From the sequence record MT150133.1: DNA of 64,000 nucleotides. One strand, given 5' to 3'. Both the position numbers and the translations under genes were made by a program. The notes below the pieces were generated by a model, which saw only the letters and a list, made by a program, of their open reading frames with translations, searched no databases and was not told the origin of the DNA. Positions 16,232-27,616 of this stretch are shown here, one piece after another. Positions within the stretch are counted from its first letter, which is position 1, and every line of letters starts with the position of its first letter. This DNA comes from Enterobacteria phage vB_EcoM_IME540.

Positions 16232-17970
16232 TTAACATGTCTGATAATGTAAGTTGGTTCGTCGGTGTGGTTGAAGACCGTATGGACCCACTCCAACAAG
16301 GACGCGTTCGAGTTCGTGTCTGGGGCCTGCATCCTTACGAAAAGGTCCAAGGTCCTGTAAAAGGCCTTCGTACAGAGGATTTACCGTGGATGTCCGTATT
16401 AATGCCTACATCTTCTGCCTCTGTTTCTGGTATCCAAACCGCTATGACTGGTATGGTTCCAGGTACTCAGGTTTATGGGCACTTTCTTGATAAGTGGAAA
16501 TTAAACGGGCTTGTCCTCGGTACATATGGTTCCGCTTCAAGACAAAAGGCTAATCCTAATGAAGGTTTTAGTGACCCGACAGGTCAATACCCACTTTATT
16601 TGGGTAATGATGCTGCAGCACTAAACCGAGGTGGTGAAGTTGGATACGATGCCACTTCTAACGTAATACAAGATGCAAACACCGATGTAGGTATTAACCC
16701 AGACGGTTTGGATTTGAGCCAAGTCAAGCCTGATGATAATCCTAATTTCACAATAGAAAACATGCTTCATCGTGATGAAGGGCTTAGACTGAAGGTATAT
16801 TGGGATACCGAAGGTTATCCTACTATAGGTATAGGCCACCTTATCACACCACAACCTATTAGAGATATGAATCGAATAAACAAAATATTATCTAATCAGG
16901 TAGGACGAGAAGTTAAAGGTAACCCTGGTGCAATATCAATGGATGAGGCTTCTAAATTATTCCAAGAAGACCTTAAAAAAGTCCAAAACGATATAGGTCG
17001 GCATAGTGTTGTAGGTCCTGTTTACAATAAAGAAAACCGTTCAAGACAAATGGCTCTTGAAAACATGGCTTTCCAAATGGGATTAGGTGGATTGGCTAAA
17101 TTCCGTGGAATGCTTAGTGCAATGCTAATAGGCGATTATAAAAAGGCATTTGAGGAAGCTCGTAATTCAGTATGGTTTAACCAAACTAAAGGTCGCGCAT
17201 CAAGGGTGTCAATGATTATCCTCACAGGTAACATGGAATCATATGGTATTATGGCCCCTAAAGAAAGGTCATTTAATGGCCGTTCGTATAGAATGATTCA
17301 AACCTTTGTGGCCCCTACAAATTCAGACCCTGCCGACCCGTGGACTCCAGAAGACACAAGGATTCTTTTTAAAGAACCTGATTCTAGTTATAAAGGCGAA
17401 TATCCATATGTCCAAACCATGCAAACTGAAGGCGGGCATATCCAAGAATTCGATAATACCCCAGGGCAAGAACGATACCGTTTAATCCATCCTACCGGTA
17501 GTTATGAAGAAGTTGCTCCTGACGGACGTAAAACTTCTAAGACGGTAGCCGATGGTTATTATATGACCCAAGGCGATTCAAATACTTATGTTGGTGGTAA
17601 TAATAAGGTCAATATAGGCGGCGATGAAACCTATTATAATATGGCAAACGTTCGTCGTCAAACTGACGGGTCTGAAAGCATCCATATTCGTGGTAATGAA
17701 ACTAAAACAGTAGAAGGTGACGGAACCCTTATTGTTAAAGGAAACGTAACAATTCTTGTCGAGGGTAGTGCTGATATAACTGTTAAGGGCGATGCTAAAA
17801 CATTAGTTGAAGGCAATCATGACTATACCGTAAATGGAAACGTTAAATGGTCTGTAAATGGAAACGTTGATATGACTGTTGCAGGTAATTGGTCTGAAAC
17901 TATGTCAACTATGAGTTCTATTGCATCAGGTCAATATACTATTGATGGTTCGAGGATTGACATTGGCTAA
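16228..17970 (+). CDS. 5: baseplate central spike gp5 with lysozyme domain
   Basis: 580 aa; lysozyme segment GYPTIGIGHLI...; C-terminal VxGxxxV beta-helix repeats. Confidence 0.9.
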   Translation: MINMSDNVSWFVGVVEDRMDPLQQGRVRVRVWGLHPYEKVQGPVKGLRTEDLPWMSVLMPTSSASVSGIQTAMTGMVPGTQVYGHFLDKWKLNGLVLGTYGSASRQKANPNEGFSDPTGQYPLYLGNDAAALNRGGEVGYDATSNVIQDANTDVGINPDGLDLSQVKPDDNPNFTIENMLHRDEGLRLKVYWDTEGYPTIGIGHLITPQPIRDMNRINKILSNQVGREVKGNPGAISMDEASKLFQEDLKKVQNDIGRHSVVGPVYNKENRSRQMALENMAFQMGLGGLAKFRGMLSAMLIGDYKKAFEEARNSVWFNQTKGRASRVSMIILTGNMESYGIMAPKERSFNGRSYRMIQTFVAPTNSDPADPWTPEDTRILFKEPDSSYKGEYPYVQTMQTEGGHIQEFDNTPGQERYRLIHPTGSYEEVAPDGRKTSKTVADGYYMTQGDSNTYVGGNNKVNIGGDETYYNMANVRRQTDGSESIHIRGNETKTVEGDGTLIVKGNVTILVEGSADITVKGDAKTLVEGNHDYTVNGNVKWSVNGNVDMTVAGNWSETMSTMSSIASGQYTIDGSRIDIG

Positions 17971-18004
17971 TATCCTACCGATGAGCACTGATTTAGGAGA
18001 TTCC

Positions 18005-18502
18005 ATGGAAGGAAGCTCTATCGATGTTACGTTTACCGCTCAACTAGAAACAAACGAAACATTAGTCGAAATAAATATAACAGAATATGAGCCAACAGAA
18101 GGCATCACAGTTGATGGAGCTCATTTATATGGAACCTACGAATCGGTATTTGGATTCTCTGAGGATGCATTAAAATACCGATTAGGTGACGAATTTAAAA
18201 CTGCTGGTTCATGGAAAGATTTACCGGAGGACGAGAGCACCCAATTATACCTCTGGAAAGCCCCTAGTAATCTCCAGAAGACTTTTTCTTATACGGTCAC
18301 ATTAATCTATGACTTTCAGGAAGAGACGTCAGGAGGTGATACAGGGAACTCAGGAGGTAGTAATTCCAGAGCCGGTAACGAAACCGATCCGCCTCCTGCT
18401 CCAATAAGAAAAACCCTTACTAAGGTTTATACCAAGGTTATAGTGGGTAATTGGAGTCGCTGGGGAGACCAATTAAGAGAATATGTATATGCGAGGCCAT
18501 AA
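18005..18502 (+). CDS. 5.1: gp5.1-like conserved hypothetical protein
   Basis: Start at ATG 18005 with RBS AGGAGA; positional equivalent of T4 5.1. Confidence 0.55.
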   Translation: MEGSSIDVTFTAQLETNETLVEINITEYEPTEGITVDGAHLYGTYESVFGFSEDALKYRLGDEFKTAGSWKDLPEDESTQLYLWKAPSNLQKTFSYTVTLIYDFQEETSGGDTGNSGGSNSRAGNETDPPPAPIRKTLTKVYTKVIVGNWSRWGDQLREYVYARP

Positions 18503-18795
18503 TGTCGGGCTTAAGTTATAACCAATGCGTAACCGCAGGTCATGAAGCATGGCCTCCTACAGTAATAAACGCCACCCAAGGTAAAGTATTTACGGGTGGT
18601 ATTCCTGTATTAGTAGATGGTGACCCTATTACAGAACACACCGAAATTAAAAAACCATATGAAACCCATGGTGGGGTAACCCAACCTAGAACATCAAAGG
18701 TATATGTTACAGGCAAAAAGGCCGTCCAGATGGCAGACCCTATTTCGTGCGGAGATACAGTCGCACAAGCCTCATCTAAAGTATTCATAAAATAG
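18502..18795 (+). CDS. 5.4: PAAR-repeat spike-tip protein gp5.4
   Basis: 97 aa from TAATG overlap; same size and position as T4 gp5.4. Confidence 0.7.
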   Translation: MSGLSYNQCVTAGHEAWPPTVINATQGKVFTGGIPVLVDGDPITEHTEIKKPYETHGGVTQPRTSKVYVTGKKAVQMADPISCGDTVAQASSKVFIK

Positions 18796-18803
18796 GAATT
18801 AAA

Positions 18804-20762
18804 ATGGCTACTCCTACGAATTACCAATTAACAAGAACCGTTAACGCTATCCCAAAAGTATTTGTGGGAGCTACGTTTGAAGAGATTAAAAAGAATATTA
18901 TCGATTGGCTTTCTAGTCAGAAAGAATTCCAGGATTATGATTTCGTAGGTTCGCGAATGAATATCCTGATTGACATGTTAGCTTACAATACCCTGTATAT
19001 GCAGCAATTTGCTAACACTGCTGTATATGAATCATTTATTGGCACAGCTAACTTGCGTTCCTCTGTAGTCCAGGCTGCACAGGATAATGGCTACCTTCCT
19101 AGTTCTAAATCAGCAGCAAAAACAAGTATCATGTTGACCTGTACCCAGGCTCTTAATGAAAAGAATATTCGTATCCCACGTGGTACTAAATTCTTGGCTT
19201 ATGCCCGTGATACTTCGGCCGACCCGTATGCTTTTGTTACCACGGAAAACGTTATTGCCGTACGTGATGTTAACAACCAATATCTTCCTATTGTATCTTT
19301 AGCACAGGGTCGTATTATCCGTACCGAACTCAAGTATGACCCTAAAACTCCTATTCTTATTCGCGACCCGGATATCGACCGTCAAGAAGTTAAGCTTTAT
19401 GTTGATGGTGCAGAATGGATTAACTGGACTAATAAATCAATGGTTCACGCTGGTAGCACATCTACCATTTATTATATGCGCGAAACCGTAGATGGTAATA
19501 CAGAATTCTTCTTTGGTGAGGGTGAAGCTGAGAAATCTGTTGCTGGTGGAGTATTGGAAGCTAATTATATTGGTGGTCTAAAACCGGTTAAAGATTCTAC
19601 CATTGTTATAGAATACCTTCGAACAGATGGTGAAGTTGCAAACGGTGCAGTTGACTTTAGTTATGCTGACTCCTTAGCATATATTACGGTAGAAAAAATT
19701 ACTGAAAACTACAACAACGACCCTGATTATGTGGGTGCTGATGGTGGTGGTGACCCTGAAGATATTGAACGTATTCGTGAATTGGCTGTAGTTAAGCGCG
19801 AAGCCCAGATGCGTGCTGTAACTGGTACAGATTATGATACATTCGTTTCGGAACGATTTGGGTCTATTGTACAAGCAGTACAAACCTTTACCGATTCAAA
19901 TAAACCAGGTTATGCTTTTGTTACTATTAAGCCTAAATCCGGATTATATTTGACGGCGGTACAACGCGAAGATATCCAAAATTATCTTTCAGAATTTAAC
20001 TTGGCACCTATTACTCCTTCGGTTATTTCTCCTGACTACTTGTTCTTGAAGCATAAAATTAAGGTTTCATATGCACTGAACAAATTACAGGAATCTGAAC
20101 AGTGGTTGTCAGCCCAAATCCTTTCCCAAATAGACCGTTATTATATTAACGAAGTTGAGATATTCAACCATGGGTTCGCTAAGTCTAAAATGTTGTCTTA
20201 TATTGATAATGCCGACCATAGTATCCTTGGTTCTTCTGCTACGGTGACCATGGTTCGCGAGGTATTGAACTTTTTCAAAACACCTGAATCAGGTATTAAA
20301 TACTATAATCAATACACCAACCGTTCTGTAGCTTCTAGTGAATTTGAGTTCGTCCCAACAAACGTATCTGATGATATTAAATCTTATAACGTGCGTATTG
20401 TTGCTACAGATAAAGACGAACGGGGCGATGGTAAAATGGTTATAGGTCCTTTCCGACCTGGTGATGTAATTGAAAACCAATACATCCAACCTTATACCGG
20501 AGATGACTTCGATAAAATGGCAGCGCCTGCAGACCAATCAGTTTACTATGTTATTGGCGAAATTGATTATTACTCAGACTTTATTTTCTGGGATATCGCC
20601 GCAATAGGCCTTACTTCAGATCGTTTTGAAGTCCAGTCTATTGAACTTTATGCAGGGCCAGACCAAGACAACATCTTTACCAAAGACGGTTCTTTAATCG
20701 TATTTGAAGATGACCTTCGCCCTCAGTACACAACTATAGAGTTGGAACCCATTACAATATAA
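18804..20762 (+). CDS. 6: baseplate wedge protein gp6
   Basis: 652 aa MATPTNYQLTRTVNAIPKVFVGATFEEIK..., matches T4 gp6. Confidence 0.9.
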   Translation: MATPTNYQLTRTVNAIPKVFVGATFEEIKKNIIDWLSSQKEFQDYDFVGSRMNILIDMLAYNTLYMQQFANTAVYESFIGTANLRSSVVQAAQDNGYLPSSKSAAKTSIMLTCTQALNEKNIRIPRGTKFLAYARDTSADPYAFVTTENVIAVRDVNNQYLPIVSLAQGRIIRTELKYDPKTPILIRDPDIDRQEVKLYVDGAEWINWTNKSMVHAGSTSTIYYMRETVDGNTEFFFGEGEAEKSVAGGVLEANYIGGLKPVKDSTIVIEYLRTDGEVANGAVDFSYADSLAYITVEKITENYNNDPDYVGADGGGDPEDIERIRELAVVKREAQMRAVTGTDYDTFVSERFGSIVQAVQTFTDSNKPGYAFVTIKPKSGLYLTAVQREDIQNYLSEFNLAPITPSVISPDYLFLKHKIKVSYALNKLQESEQWLSAQILSQIDRYYINEVEIFNHGFAKSKMLSYIDNADHSILGSSATVTMVREVLNFFKTPESGIKYYNQYTNRSVASSEFEFVPTNVSDDIKSYNVRIVATDKDERGDGKMVIGPFRPGDVIENQYIQPYTGDDFDKMAAPADQSVYYVIGEIDYYSDFIFWDIAAIGLTSDRFEVQSIELYAGPDQDNIFTKDGSLIVFEDDLRPQYTTIELEPITI

Positions 20763-20789
20763 GCCTCTTCGGAGGTTTAAGGAGATTTA

Positions 20790-23700
20790 ATGTCTGTACA
20801 AGCGCCTTATGTTACTAGTCTGAGAATTGATAAACTCTCGGCTAACCATGTGAGCATTCTTTGGGATGACGTAGGCGCCAACTTCTATTATTTTGTAGAA
20901 CTGGCCCAAACGAAGGATGCGGGTGTAGAAATTCCCGACGATAGATTATTTTGGAGAAATTTAGGTTACACCCCTAACAACGAATGGTTTGAAGAGGCAT
21001 TCATTTCTCCTAATTCGTTTTATAAAATGCGAGTTGCGGTGGCAGCCCAGGGGTTTGAGCAGTCTGAATGGGTTTATACTGAAGAATTTGAAACTTTCTC
21101 TACCAACGCATATACATTTGAGCATATGCGTGAATTCACTTTGTCTAATAAGTTTATTGAAGAAAAATTCACAAACAATAACCAGAATTATGTGAACTTT
21201 AATACTGACGCCATTATGGCTTCTTTGATGAGTGAAGATTTTAACTTTACCCCTGCATATTCGCATTTGTCATCTATATCGAATTATGTTTTAAAAGCCG
21301 ATCGTTTCCATGAAATCCAAGGAAGCATCCAAGCTGTTTGTAAAGACCCTAAACGTTCTATTTTAATGGAACTTGGTGGTGTACTTTACCTTTTAGAAAG
21401 ATTCCAAAGCACCGCTAAGGTTTCTAATGATAAAGGGCAGAACTGGCATTATATCCGTTTGTTTAATGACCGGGTAGGTAATCCTGTTTCACGTACGGTA
21501 CATTACCAAACCGACACGACCACTTATGTTCTAGGTTATGACCAAATATTTTACGGGCGTAAATCAAGTGATATTCGTTGGTCTGCTGATGATGTTAGAT
21601 TTAGTTCCCAAGATGTAACATTTGCTAAAATCGGTAGTGATATTGACCTTCCATTTGAAATCGAGATATTTGGTTCTTATGCGAAACTTCCTTTGCCTAT
21701 TTCCACTATTGCTGAAGCTATGTGTGCTTCGGACGATTTCATTTATGTTGCAGGTAGAGACAGGGTTTATAAAGCAAAAACATCTGAGGCCCCTATCGAC
21801 ACGGACCCTAGTTCTCCGACTTACGGGGAGAAGATATTTGAAAGCGGTTATTCAACCATCACAGGGAACCCTAAAGCTGTTTGTTATAAATTAGATTCGA
21901 TTCAAGGAAATACCTTTGCTTTAATTACAGGTGAAGTTAAAGAAGAGAAAATGGACCCTACAGTCGAATCCAATGTTATTGATTCTGAATCTAAAGGTGT
22001 TTATTGGTTAGACACTTCAACCGATACATGGACCCGTGTATTTGGAAACACCGAAGAAGAACGTCGTCGTATAGAACACGGATATACTAGCATGTCTACC
22101 GACGGAGAGGAATTATTTTTCAGTTCAAGCAACTTTAGATATGAAGTAGAGGTTGATTCTGAACTTCCTTTGGAATATCCTGAAATTGTTACCTCAGCCG
22201 TTAAATATGTTAAAGACGAACAATGGATTCATGATAAGCATTATTTGATGATGAGTTTTAGGTCCAACTCTAAATCAGATTTTAAAGAATTTAAACCAGG
22301 GCGTATGGCTTATTATGCCGAACCATTCTTTAGTTGGTCCCGTCGTGATGGAACCCGTTCGTGGATTACTACTAGCGACCATGCGATGGTTGTTTATAAT
22401 GATGCTTTATATCAGAAAATTATCGACCTGAACAGTGGTTCTTCACCTGAACGTATTGTTCATGAGATTTGGAATAAAGGTTTTTGTAAAGTCACATCTC
22501 CTAATATAGAGTTTAATGGCTTTAAGAAATATTCTTCAGGAATGATGATTCATAAATCGACAGGTGAATTGGTTGGATATTTTGAATTCGACTATCGTGT
22601 ACGTGATGAAGTTCGCGTCATTTGGAAGCCTAAAGAAATTATGTTTACGGCCGAATTACAAAACCAGGAACATGAAATCCCATGGAAACCTAAAGAGGAA
22701 GTTGGTGAGCAGGACCCAGACCTCCAGCCTTTACTGGTTAAAATGATTCCAGATAGTTATTTGCTTCAAGATTCTAACTTTGAAAAATTCTGCGAATACT
22801 ATCTCCAATTTATTAGTGATGGTTCCGGTACACACTATAATAATTTGTTGAATCTTATTCGTAACCAATACCCACGTGAAGAAGATTCATGGGAATATTT
22901 GTGGTCAGAAATCTATAAGCGTAATATCTATTTGTCGAAGGAAAAACGTGATGAAGTTGTTCGTTTTTTCCAGGCACGCCAAAGCGATTTTTGGTCTACT
23001 AAAGGTACCGAAGCTTCTTATAAGTTCCTGTTTAAATTGCTTTATAACGAAGATGTTGAAATTGATATCGAGTCCAAGAACTCTATTGAATACGATATCA
23101 TCGTAGAATCTGATAATATCAGTGAAGATATTGTCGGCCAAACCATTTATACTCCTACAGGACGTAGTAATGTTACTTATATTGAACGTAACTATAAACA
23201 AGGTAAACTGCAATGGCGTTTAACCATTCATAACCTTTTGGGTCGTTTTATAGTCGGCCAGGAAATTAAATCTGAACGTACTTCGTTCAAGGGTATGATT
23301 GTGCGTGGTGTACGTGGTAAAGAACTTTTAAGTAACAATATAGACTATATCAACCGTAACCGCTCTTATTACGTGATGACTATTAAATCTAATCTCCCTA
23401 CCTCTCGTTATCGCAACGATGTTTTGAGATTTGTCCATCCGGTAGGTTTCGGCTTTGTAGGTATAACTTTGCTTTCTATGTTTGTTAACGTTGGTTTAAC
23501 GCTAAAACATACAGAAACTATTATTAATGTCCTTAAGAACTACAAATGGGACTCTGGTTTGCCATCTGAATGGTATGATAGAGTTGCTGTAATAGGTTTT
23601 GATGGTAATATAGAACGAGACCCTCGTACAGGTGCTCCGATGTACAACGTCGGCCCTAAAGCAGGTGAACCGTTTGATATTCCTGCCGATTATGATGCAG

Positions 23701-23885
23701 AAAACGATTTCTCTGTATTCCAAGGTCAATTACCACACGAACGTATTAAAAAGCATAGTCCATTGTTTGACCAAAGTGCTGTGACCTTTGCCAATTGGCG
23801 TGCACTGGTTGATAAACGTCTTAAAGACGATATTGGAAATCCTAGAGACCCTAAAGTTCCAACTCAGGTAAAAATTAATGATTAA
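20790..23885 (+). CDS. 7: baseplate wedge protein gp7
   Basis: 1031 aa (T4 gp7 is 1032 aa); RBS AAGGAGA; conserved position. Confidence 0.9.
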   Translation: MSVQAPYVTSLRIDKLSANHVSILWDDVGANFYYFVELAQTKDAGVEIPDDRLFWRNLGYTPNNEWFEEAFISPNSFYKMRVAVAAQGFEQSEWVYTEEFETFSTNAYTFEHMREFTLSNKFIEEKFTNNNQNYVNFNTDAIMASLMSEDFNFTPAYSHLSSISNYVLKADRFHEIQGSIQAVCKDPKRSILMELGGVLYLLERFQSTAKVSNDKGQNWHYIRLFNDRVGNPVSRTVHYQTDTTTYVLGYDQIFYGRKSSDIRWSADDVRFSSQDVTFAKIGSDIDLPFEIEIFGSYAKLPLPISTIAEAMCASDDFIYVAGRDRVYKAKTSEAPIDTDPSSPTYGEKIFESGYSTITGNPKAVCYKLDSIQGNTFALITGEVKEEKMDPTVESNVIDSESKGVYWLDTSTDTWTRVFGNTEEERRRIEHGYTSMSTDGEELFFSSSNFRYEVEVDSELPLEYPEIVTSAVKYVKDEQWIHDKHYLMMSFRSNSKSDFKEFKPGRMAYYAEPFFSWSRRDGTRSWITTSDHAMVVYNDALYQKIIDLNSGSSPERIVHEIWNKGFCKVTSPNIEFNGFKKYSSGMMIHKSTGELVGYFEFDYRVRDEVRVIWKPKEIMFTAELQNQEHEIPWKPKEEVGEQDPDLQPLLVKMIPDSYLLQDSNFEKFCEYYLQFISDGSGTHYNNLLNLIRNQYPREEDSWEYLWSEIYKRNIYLSKEKRDEVVRFFQARQSDFWSTKGTEASYKFLFKLLYNEDVEIDIESKNSIEYDIIVESDNISEDIVGQTIYTPTGRSNVTYIERNYKQGKLQWRLTIHNLLGRFIVGQEIKSERTSFKGMIVRGVRGKELLSNNIDYINRNRSYYVMTIKSNLPTSRYRNDVLRFVHPVGFGFVGITLLSMFVNVGLTLKHTETIINVLKNYKWDSGLPSEWYDRVAVIGFDGNIERDPRTGAPMYNVGPKAGEPFDIPADYDAENDFSVFQGQLPHERIKKHSPLFDQSAVTFANWRALVDKRLKDDIGNPRDPKVPTQVKIND

Positions 23886-24882
23886 TTCTACAGTAGTTTA
23901 CCGTTCTATTGTTACTTCAAAATTTAGAACGGAAAAAATGTACAACTTTTACAGAACAATAGGTGATGGTGAAGATCAGAACACTATGTATGTATCTTTC
24001 GGAAGGGCCCGACCATGGGCCGATAACGAAAATGACCCAGGTTTTGCACCACCATATCCTGTAGATGATTCTGAAGGCGTAGAAGACGTCTGGACCAACA
24101 TGATGGGTTGTGTTAAGGTTTATAAGAGTATGCTGGATTGTGTTGTCCCTCGCAAAGACTGGGGTGACACCTCTTATCCTAACCCGTTTACTTTCCAGAT
24201 TGGTGAAATTGTAGTGGCGAACAGCCAGCCGCAAAACCGTACTGATGTCGGCGCTGGATGGATGGTTTATCGTTGTGTAGATATTCCTGAATCGGGTACA
24301 TGTTCTATTTTGTCCCTTGATAATAAAACCGAGTGTATTAAACTTGGTGGTAAATGGACTTCAAATGTACAGTCGGTTAAAGCCCCTGCAGGACAAGGCG
24401 ATACGGAAGGTATGGTTGATACAGGAGATGGTTATCTCTGGGAATATTTGTATGAGATTCCACCTGATGTAAGTATCAACCGTTGCACTAATGAATATAT
24501 TGTGGTTCCATGGCCAGAAGAAATTGCTGAAGACCCAGAACGTTGGGGATACGAGAATAACCTTACTTGGCAGCAAGACGATTATGGATTGATTTATCGT
24601 ATTAAAGGCAATACCATTCGTTTTAAAGCATTCTTAGATTCAGTTTACTTCCCTGAATTTAGTCTTCCCGGTAACAAAGGATTTAGACAGCTTTCGATAA
24701 TTTCTAATCCATTAGAAGCTAAAGCTCACCCATCCGATCCGATCATTAAAGCCGAAAAAGAGTACTATGATGTTATAGACCTCTCCCGCCATTCAGGTGA
24801 AATGATTTATATGGAAAACCGTCCTCCGGTTATTCGTTCCATGGACCAAACAGAAGAAATTAACATTATCTTCGAATTCTAA
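23878..24882 (+). CDS. 8: baseplate wedge protein gp8
   Basis: 334 aa MINSTVVYRSIVTSKFRTEKM..., matches T4 gp8. Confidence 0.9.
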   Translation: MINSTVVYRSIVTSKFRTEKMYNFYRTIGDGEDQNTMYVSFGRARPWADNENDPGFAPPYPVDDSEGVEDVWTNMMGCVKVYKSMLDCVVPRKDWGDTSYPNPFTFQIGEIVVANSQPQNRTDVGAGWMVYRCVDIPESGTCSILSLDNKTECIKLGGKWTSNVQSVKAPAGQGDTEGMVDTGDGYLWEYLYEIPPDVSINRCTNEYIVVPWPEEIAEDPERWGYENNLTWQQDDYGLIYRIKGNTIRFKAFLDSVYFPEFSLPGNKGFRQLSIISNPLEAKAHPSDPIIKAEKEYYDVIDLSRHSGEMIYMENRPPVIRSMDQTEEINIIFEF

Positions 24883-24884
24883 TA

Positions 24885-24918
24885 AGGGCCGCAAGGCCCT
24901 TTCGGGGTTTAATAAATA
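24885..24918 (+). terminator. hairpin GGGCC-GCAA-GGCCC followed by a near-consensus late box TAATAAATA upstream of gene 9
   Basis: Perfect 6-bp GC stem with tetraloop, then TTTCGGGGTTTAATAAATA. Confidence 0.45.
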
Positions 24919-24944
24919 CAGTATATCAATAATGAGGCATACCT

Positions 24945-25805
24945 ATGATTAAGCAAACTGGTAAAGAACTAATTGACGTCGGTGAAATTGGTAATGCCAG
25001 CACCGGCGACATTCTTTATGACGGCGGTGTTAAACTGAACACTGACTTAAACAACATCTATAATACTTTTGGCGACCAACGTAAAACTGCTTTAACCGGC
25101 GAATTAACAGGTCAGAAATTACACGCTACAGGCTACTATCAAAAATTTGGTGATACCGACCAAGCAAGTTCAGTTGATTTAGGCTCCTTGGTAGATATCG
25201 ATGCTTCTACCGGTTCTATCGTATTAACCACTGTAAAAGGTGCAGTCGGTGAAGGAATCGAGATTATCAACTCTAATGGAAGTATTTCTTCCACTAATTA
25301 TCTTGAAATCCGTATATTGGATACTTTTGCAAGCCATTCAACTTCGACTTTGCGCATCGTAACACCTTATACACGAGTTCTTTTATGGTGTGTATCGGAT
25401 ACAAACGGCGTTGCGGTATGGGATTATTCAATTGAAAGTATGTTTGGCGATAAACGAGTTCCATTAAATAAGACATATAATATATCTTCTGTCGCTCGTG
25501 ATATCCCGGTGGTTTATTCCGGCCAGTACTCATTGCTCAAACTTTTAGTTACGGCAGTGAATGCTAATGAAACCATTTACAAAGCTTCAGAATATCTTGT
25601 GTTTATCGACAACCAAGCTAAAAAGATTTATTCCACTGAATACGGTGTTATTAAACGTGGACAAACTTCAGATGATGACGAAATTTATTCTCTAGATTTT
25701 AAATTCGATACATCAAACTATATTATCGCGACCGCTTCTTCTGTCAACCCTATGAGGCTTGCAATTAAGGTCGTAGAAACCCAAACTATTGGAGTTCCAG
25801 TATAA
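24945..25805 (+). CDS. 9: baseplate protein gp9 (long tail fiber socket)
   Basis: 286 aa ...LIDVGEIGNASTGDILYDGG..., matches T4 gp9. Confidence 0.9.
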   Translation: MIKQTGKELIDVGEIGNASTGDILYDGGVKLNTDLNNIYNTFGDQRKTALTGELTGQKLHATGYYQKFGDTDQASSVDLGSLVDIDASTGSIVLTTVKGAVGEGIEIINSNGSISSTNYLEIRILDTFASHSTSTLRIVTPYTRVLLWCVSDTNGVAVWDYSIESMFGDKRVPLNKTYNISSVARDIPVVYSGQYSLLKLLVTAVNANETIYKASEYLVFIDNQAKKIYSTEYGVIKRGQTSDDDEIYSLDFKFDTSNYIIATASSVNPMRLAIKVVETQTIGVPV

Positions 25806-27616
25806 TGAAACAAGACTTAAAAGTAGGTTCCGCTGTTGATGACGGGTCCGGTGATTACCTGCGCGCAGGTGGTCTTAAAATTAATAACAACTTCAATGAG
25901 CTTTATTACCAATTAGGCGATGGCAATAACCCGCATGCAGCAGGTGCTTGGAAACAACATTCTACTGAAGATGGTGCTTTGTTGAACGCCGTAATGGGTC
26001 ATAGCTATACCCTGAATACCCAAGGCGGACGTATTAACGTTCAGCTTCCTAAAGGCTCCCCTGAAGAATATAACTTTGTTATCCGTGTACGTGACGTGTA
26101 TTCTTCATGGCAAGCTAACCCGGTGACCCTAATCCCTGCCACAGGTGATACCATTAAGGGTTCAGCTACTCAAGTAGAAATTGCTCGCAACTTCTCTGAC
26201 CTTGAATTAGTTTATTGTGCCCCAGGACGTTGGGAATATGTTGAAAATAAGCAAGTAAACCGTATTCCAAATAACGACCTTGCTACTGTAGCAACCAAGC
26301 AGTTTATTGCCACCGAAGGTCAAACAGATTTTCTAGATGTTTTCCCAGGTCTTTCTTATAACGTAGCAAGTTTAAGCGTTTCACAACGTGGTAACAATTT
26401 GTTCTACGGTATTGATGATATTTTTGATGCGGCTACTGCAGAGTTCGGTTCCCCAGGTGCTCAACCAGGTGAATTGGTTGCCTTGAATGGTAAGGACATC
26501 CGTTTAAAATATCCTTGTGAAGCAGGTGATACTGTTATTATCAAATCGTATAATGACGGGCTTGCTCAATGGCGTAGTTCTTATAACCGTCGTGATATAA
26601 CAATCCAAAGTTCAGAATTGACTAAAAATGTTTCTGTTCCTGGTTCTTCTTTCGTCGGAGATTTGAATACTTCACATGTTATATCGGCCGCAGATTTGAA
26701 TATTTCTGTTAATAGTCCTATCAACCCAAATGCTTGCCAAGTTATGCTGAATAGCACATTACTTCATCAAGCTGGTACGGCAGGACTTCCTTCGTTTTAT
26801 TGTGAAGGCGCTGATGGTCGTACTGCTACCGAGTGTTTTAATGCTGGTGGCCAATGGACCCGATCTAAATCTGATTATATTTTTAATTTGACTCCTGAAG
26901 ATAAGATTGAATCCATCGAATTTGGACGTAACTTCGAACATGGCGATATTCTTACAGTAATTTGGTACAATAATGATATCGGTACTACCATGGAAATTGA
27001 TGAGATTTTGGATTATACCAACAACATCTATATTTCTAAAGGTCCATCTATTGATATAACAGGCCAGGTTCGTATTACTGATGTAGATAATCCTTTTGCA
27101 CCTAACGTTGAGCCGGTTGCCTCGTCTAATATTACAATAGACACAGCAGCAACATTTTTTGATTTAATTTACCCTATAGGAACTATCTACGAGAACACCG
27201 TGAATCCTAATAACCCTAAAACTTATATGGGCTTTGGGTCATGGAAGCGTTTATCTGATGTGTTCTTGGTAGGTTGGTCTCCTGACGCGGCTTCTTTGTT
27301 TAATGCAAATAATAACGATCTGGATTCTGCTGGTATTCCACAGTCAACTGCAGGTGGTACTGGTGGTGCTCATGTGGCTAATTTGAAATATGAGAATATC
27401 CCTGAACTTAATACTGATGATAAAGTCCTTATTGCTGATAACGATGGCCCTATTTTTGTAGGTGGATGTTTAGTTGACCCTGATTCACAAGGACCGGCTT
27501 ATACAAAATATCGTGAAGATAAAGCCAGTATTAATAAGGCTCAAGGAACCACTCCTATCCCGGTTAATACTCTACCACCATACTTAACTGTTCATCGCTG
27601 GATGAGGATTGCATAA
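25805..27616 (+). CDS. 10: baseplate wedge protein gp10
   Basis: 603 aa, TAATG-coupled to gene 9; size and position match T4 gp10. Confidence 0.9.
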   Translation: MKQDLKVGSAVDDGSGDYLRAGGLKINNNFNELYYQLGDGNNPHAAGAWKQHSTEDGALLNAVMGHSYTLNTQGGRINVQLPKGSPEEYNFVIRVRDVYSSWQANPVTLIPATGDTIKGSATQVEIARNFSDLELVYCAPGRWEYVENKQVNRIPNNDLATVATKQFIATEGQTDFLDVFPGLSYNVASLSVSQRGNNLFYGIDDIFDAATAEFGSPGAQPGELVALNGKDIRLKYPCEAGDTVIIKSYNDGLAQWRSSYNRRDITIQSSELTKNVSVPGSSFVGDLNTSHVISAADLNISVNSPINPNACQVMLNSTLLHQAGTAGLPSFYCEGADGRTATECFNAGGQWTRSKSDYIFNLTPEDKIESIEFGRNFEHGDILTVIWYNNDIGTTMEIDEILDYTNNIYISKGPSIDITGQVRITDVDNPFAPNVEPVASSNITIDTAATFFDLIYPIGTIYENTVNPNNPKTYMGFGSWKRLSDVFLVGWSPDAASLFNANNNDLDSAGIPQSTAGGTGGAHVANLKYENIPELNTDDKVLIADNDGPIFVGGCLVDPDSQGPAYTKYREDKASINKAQGTTPIPVNTLPPYLTVHRWMRIA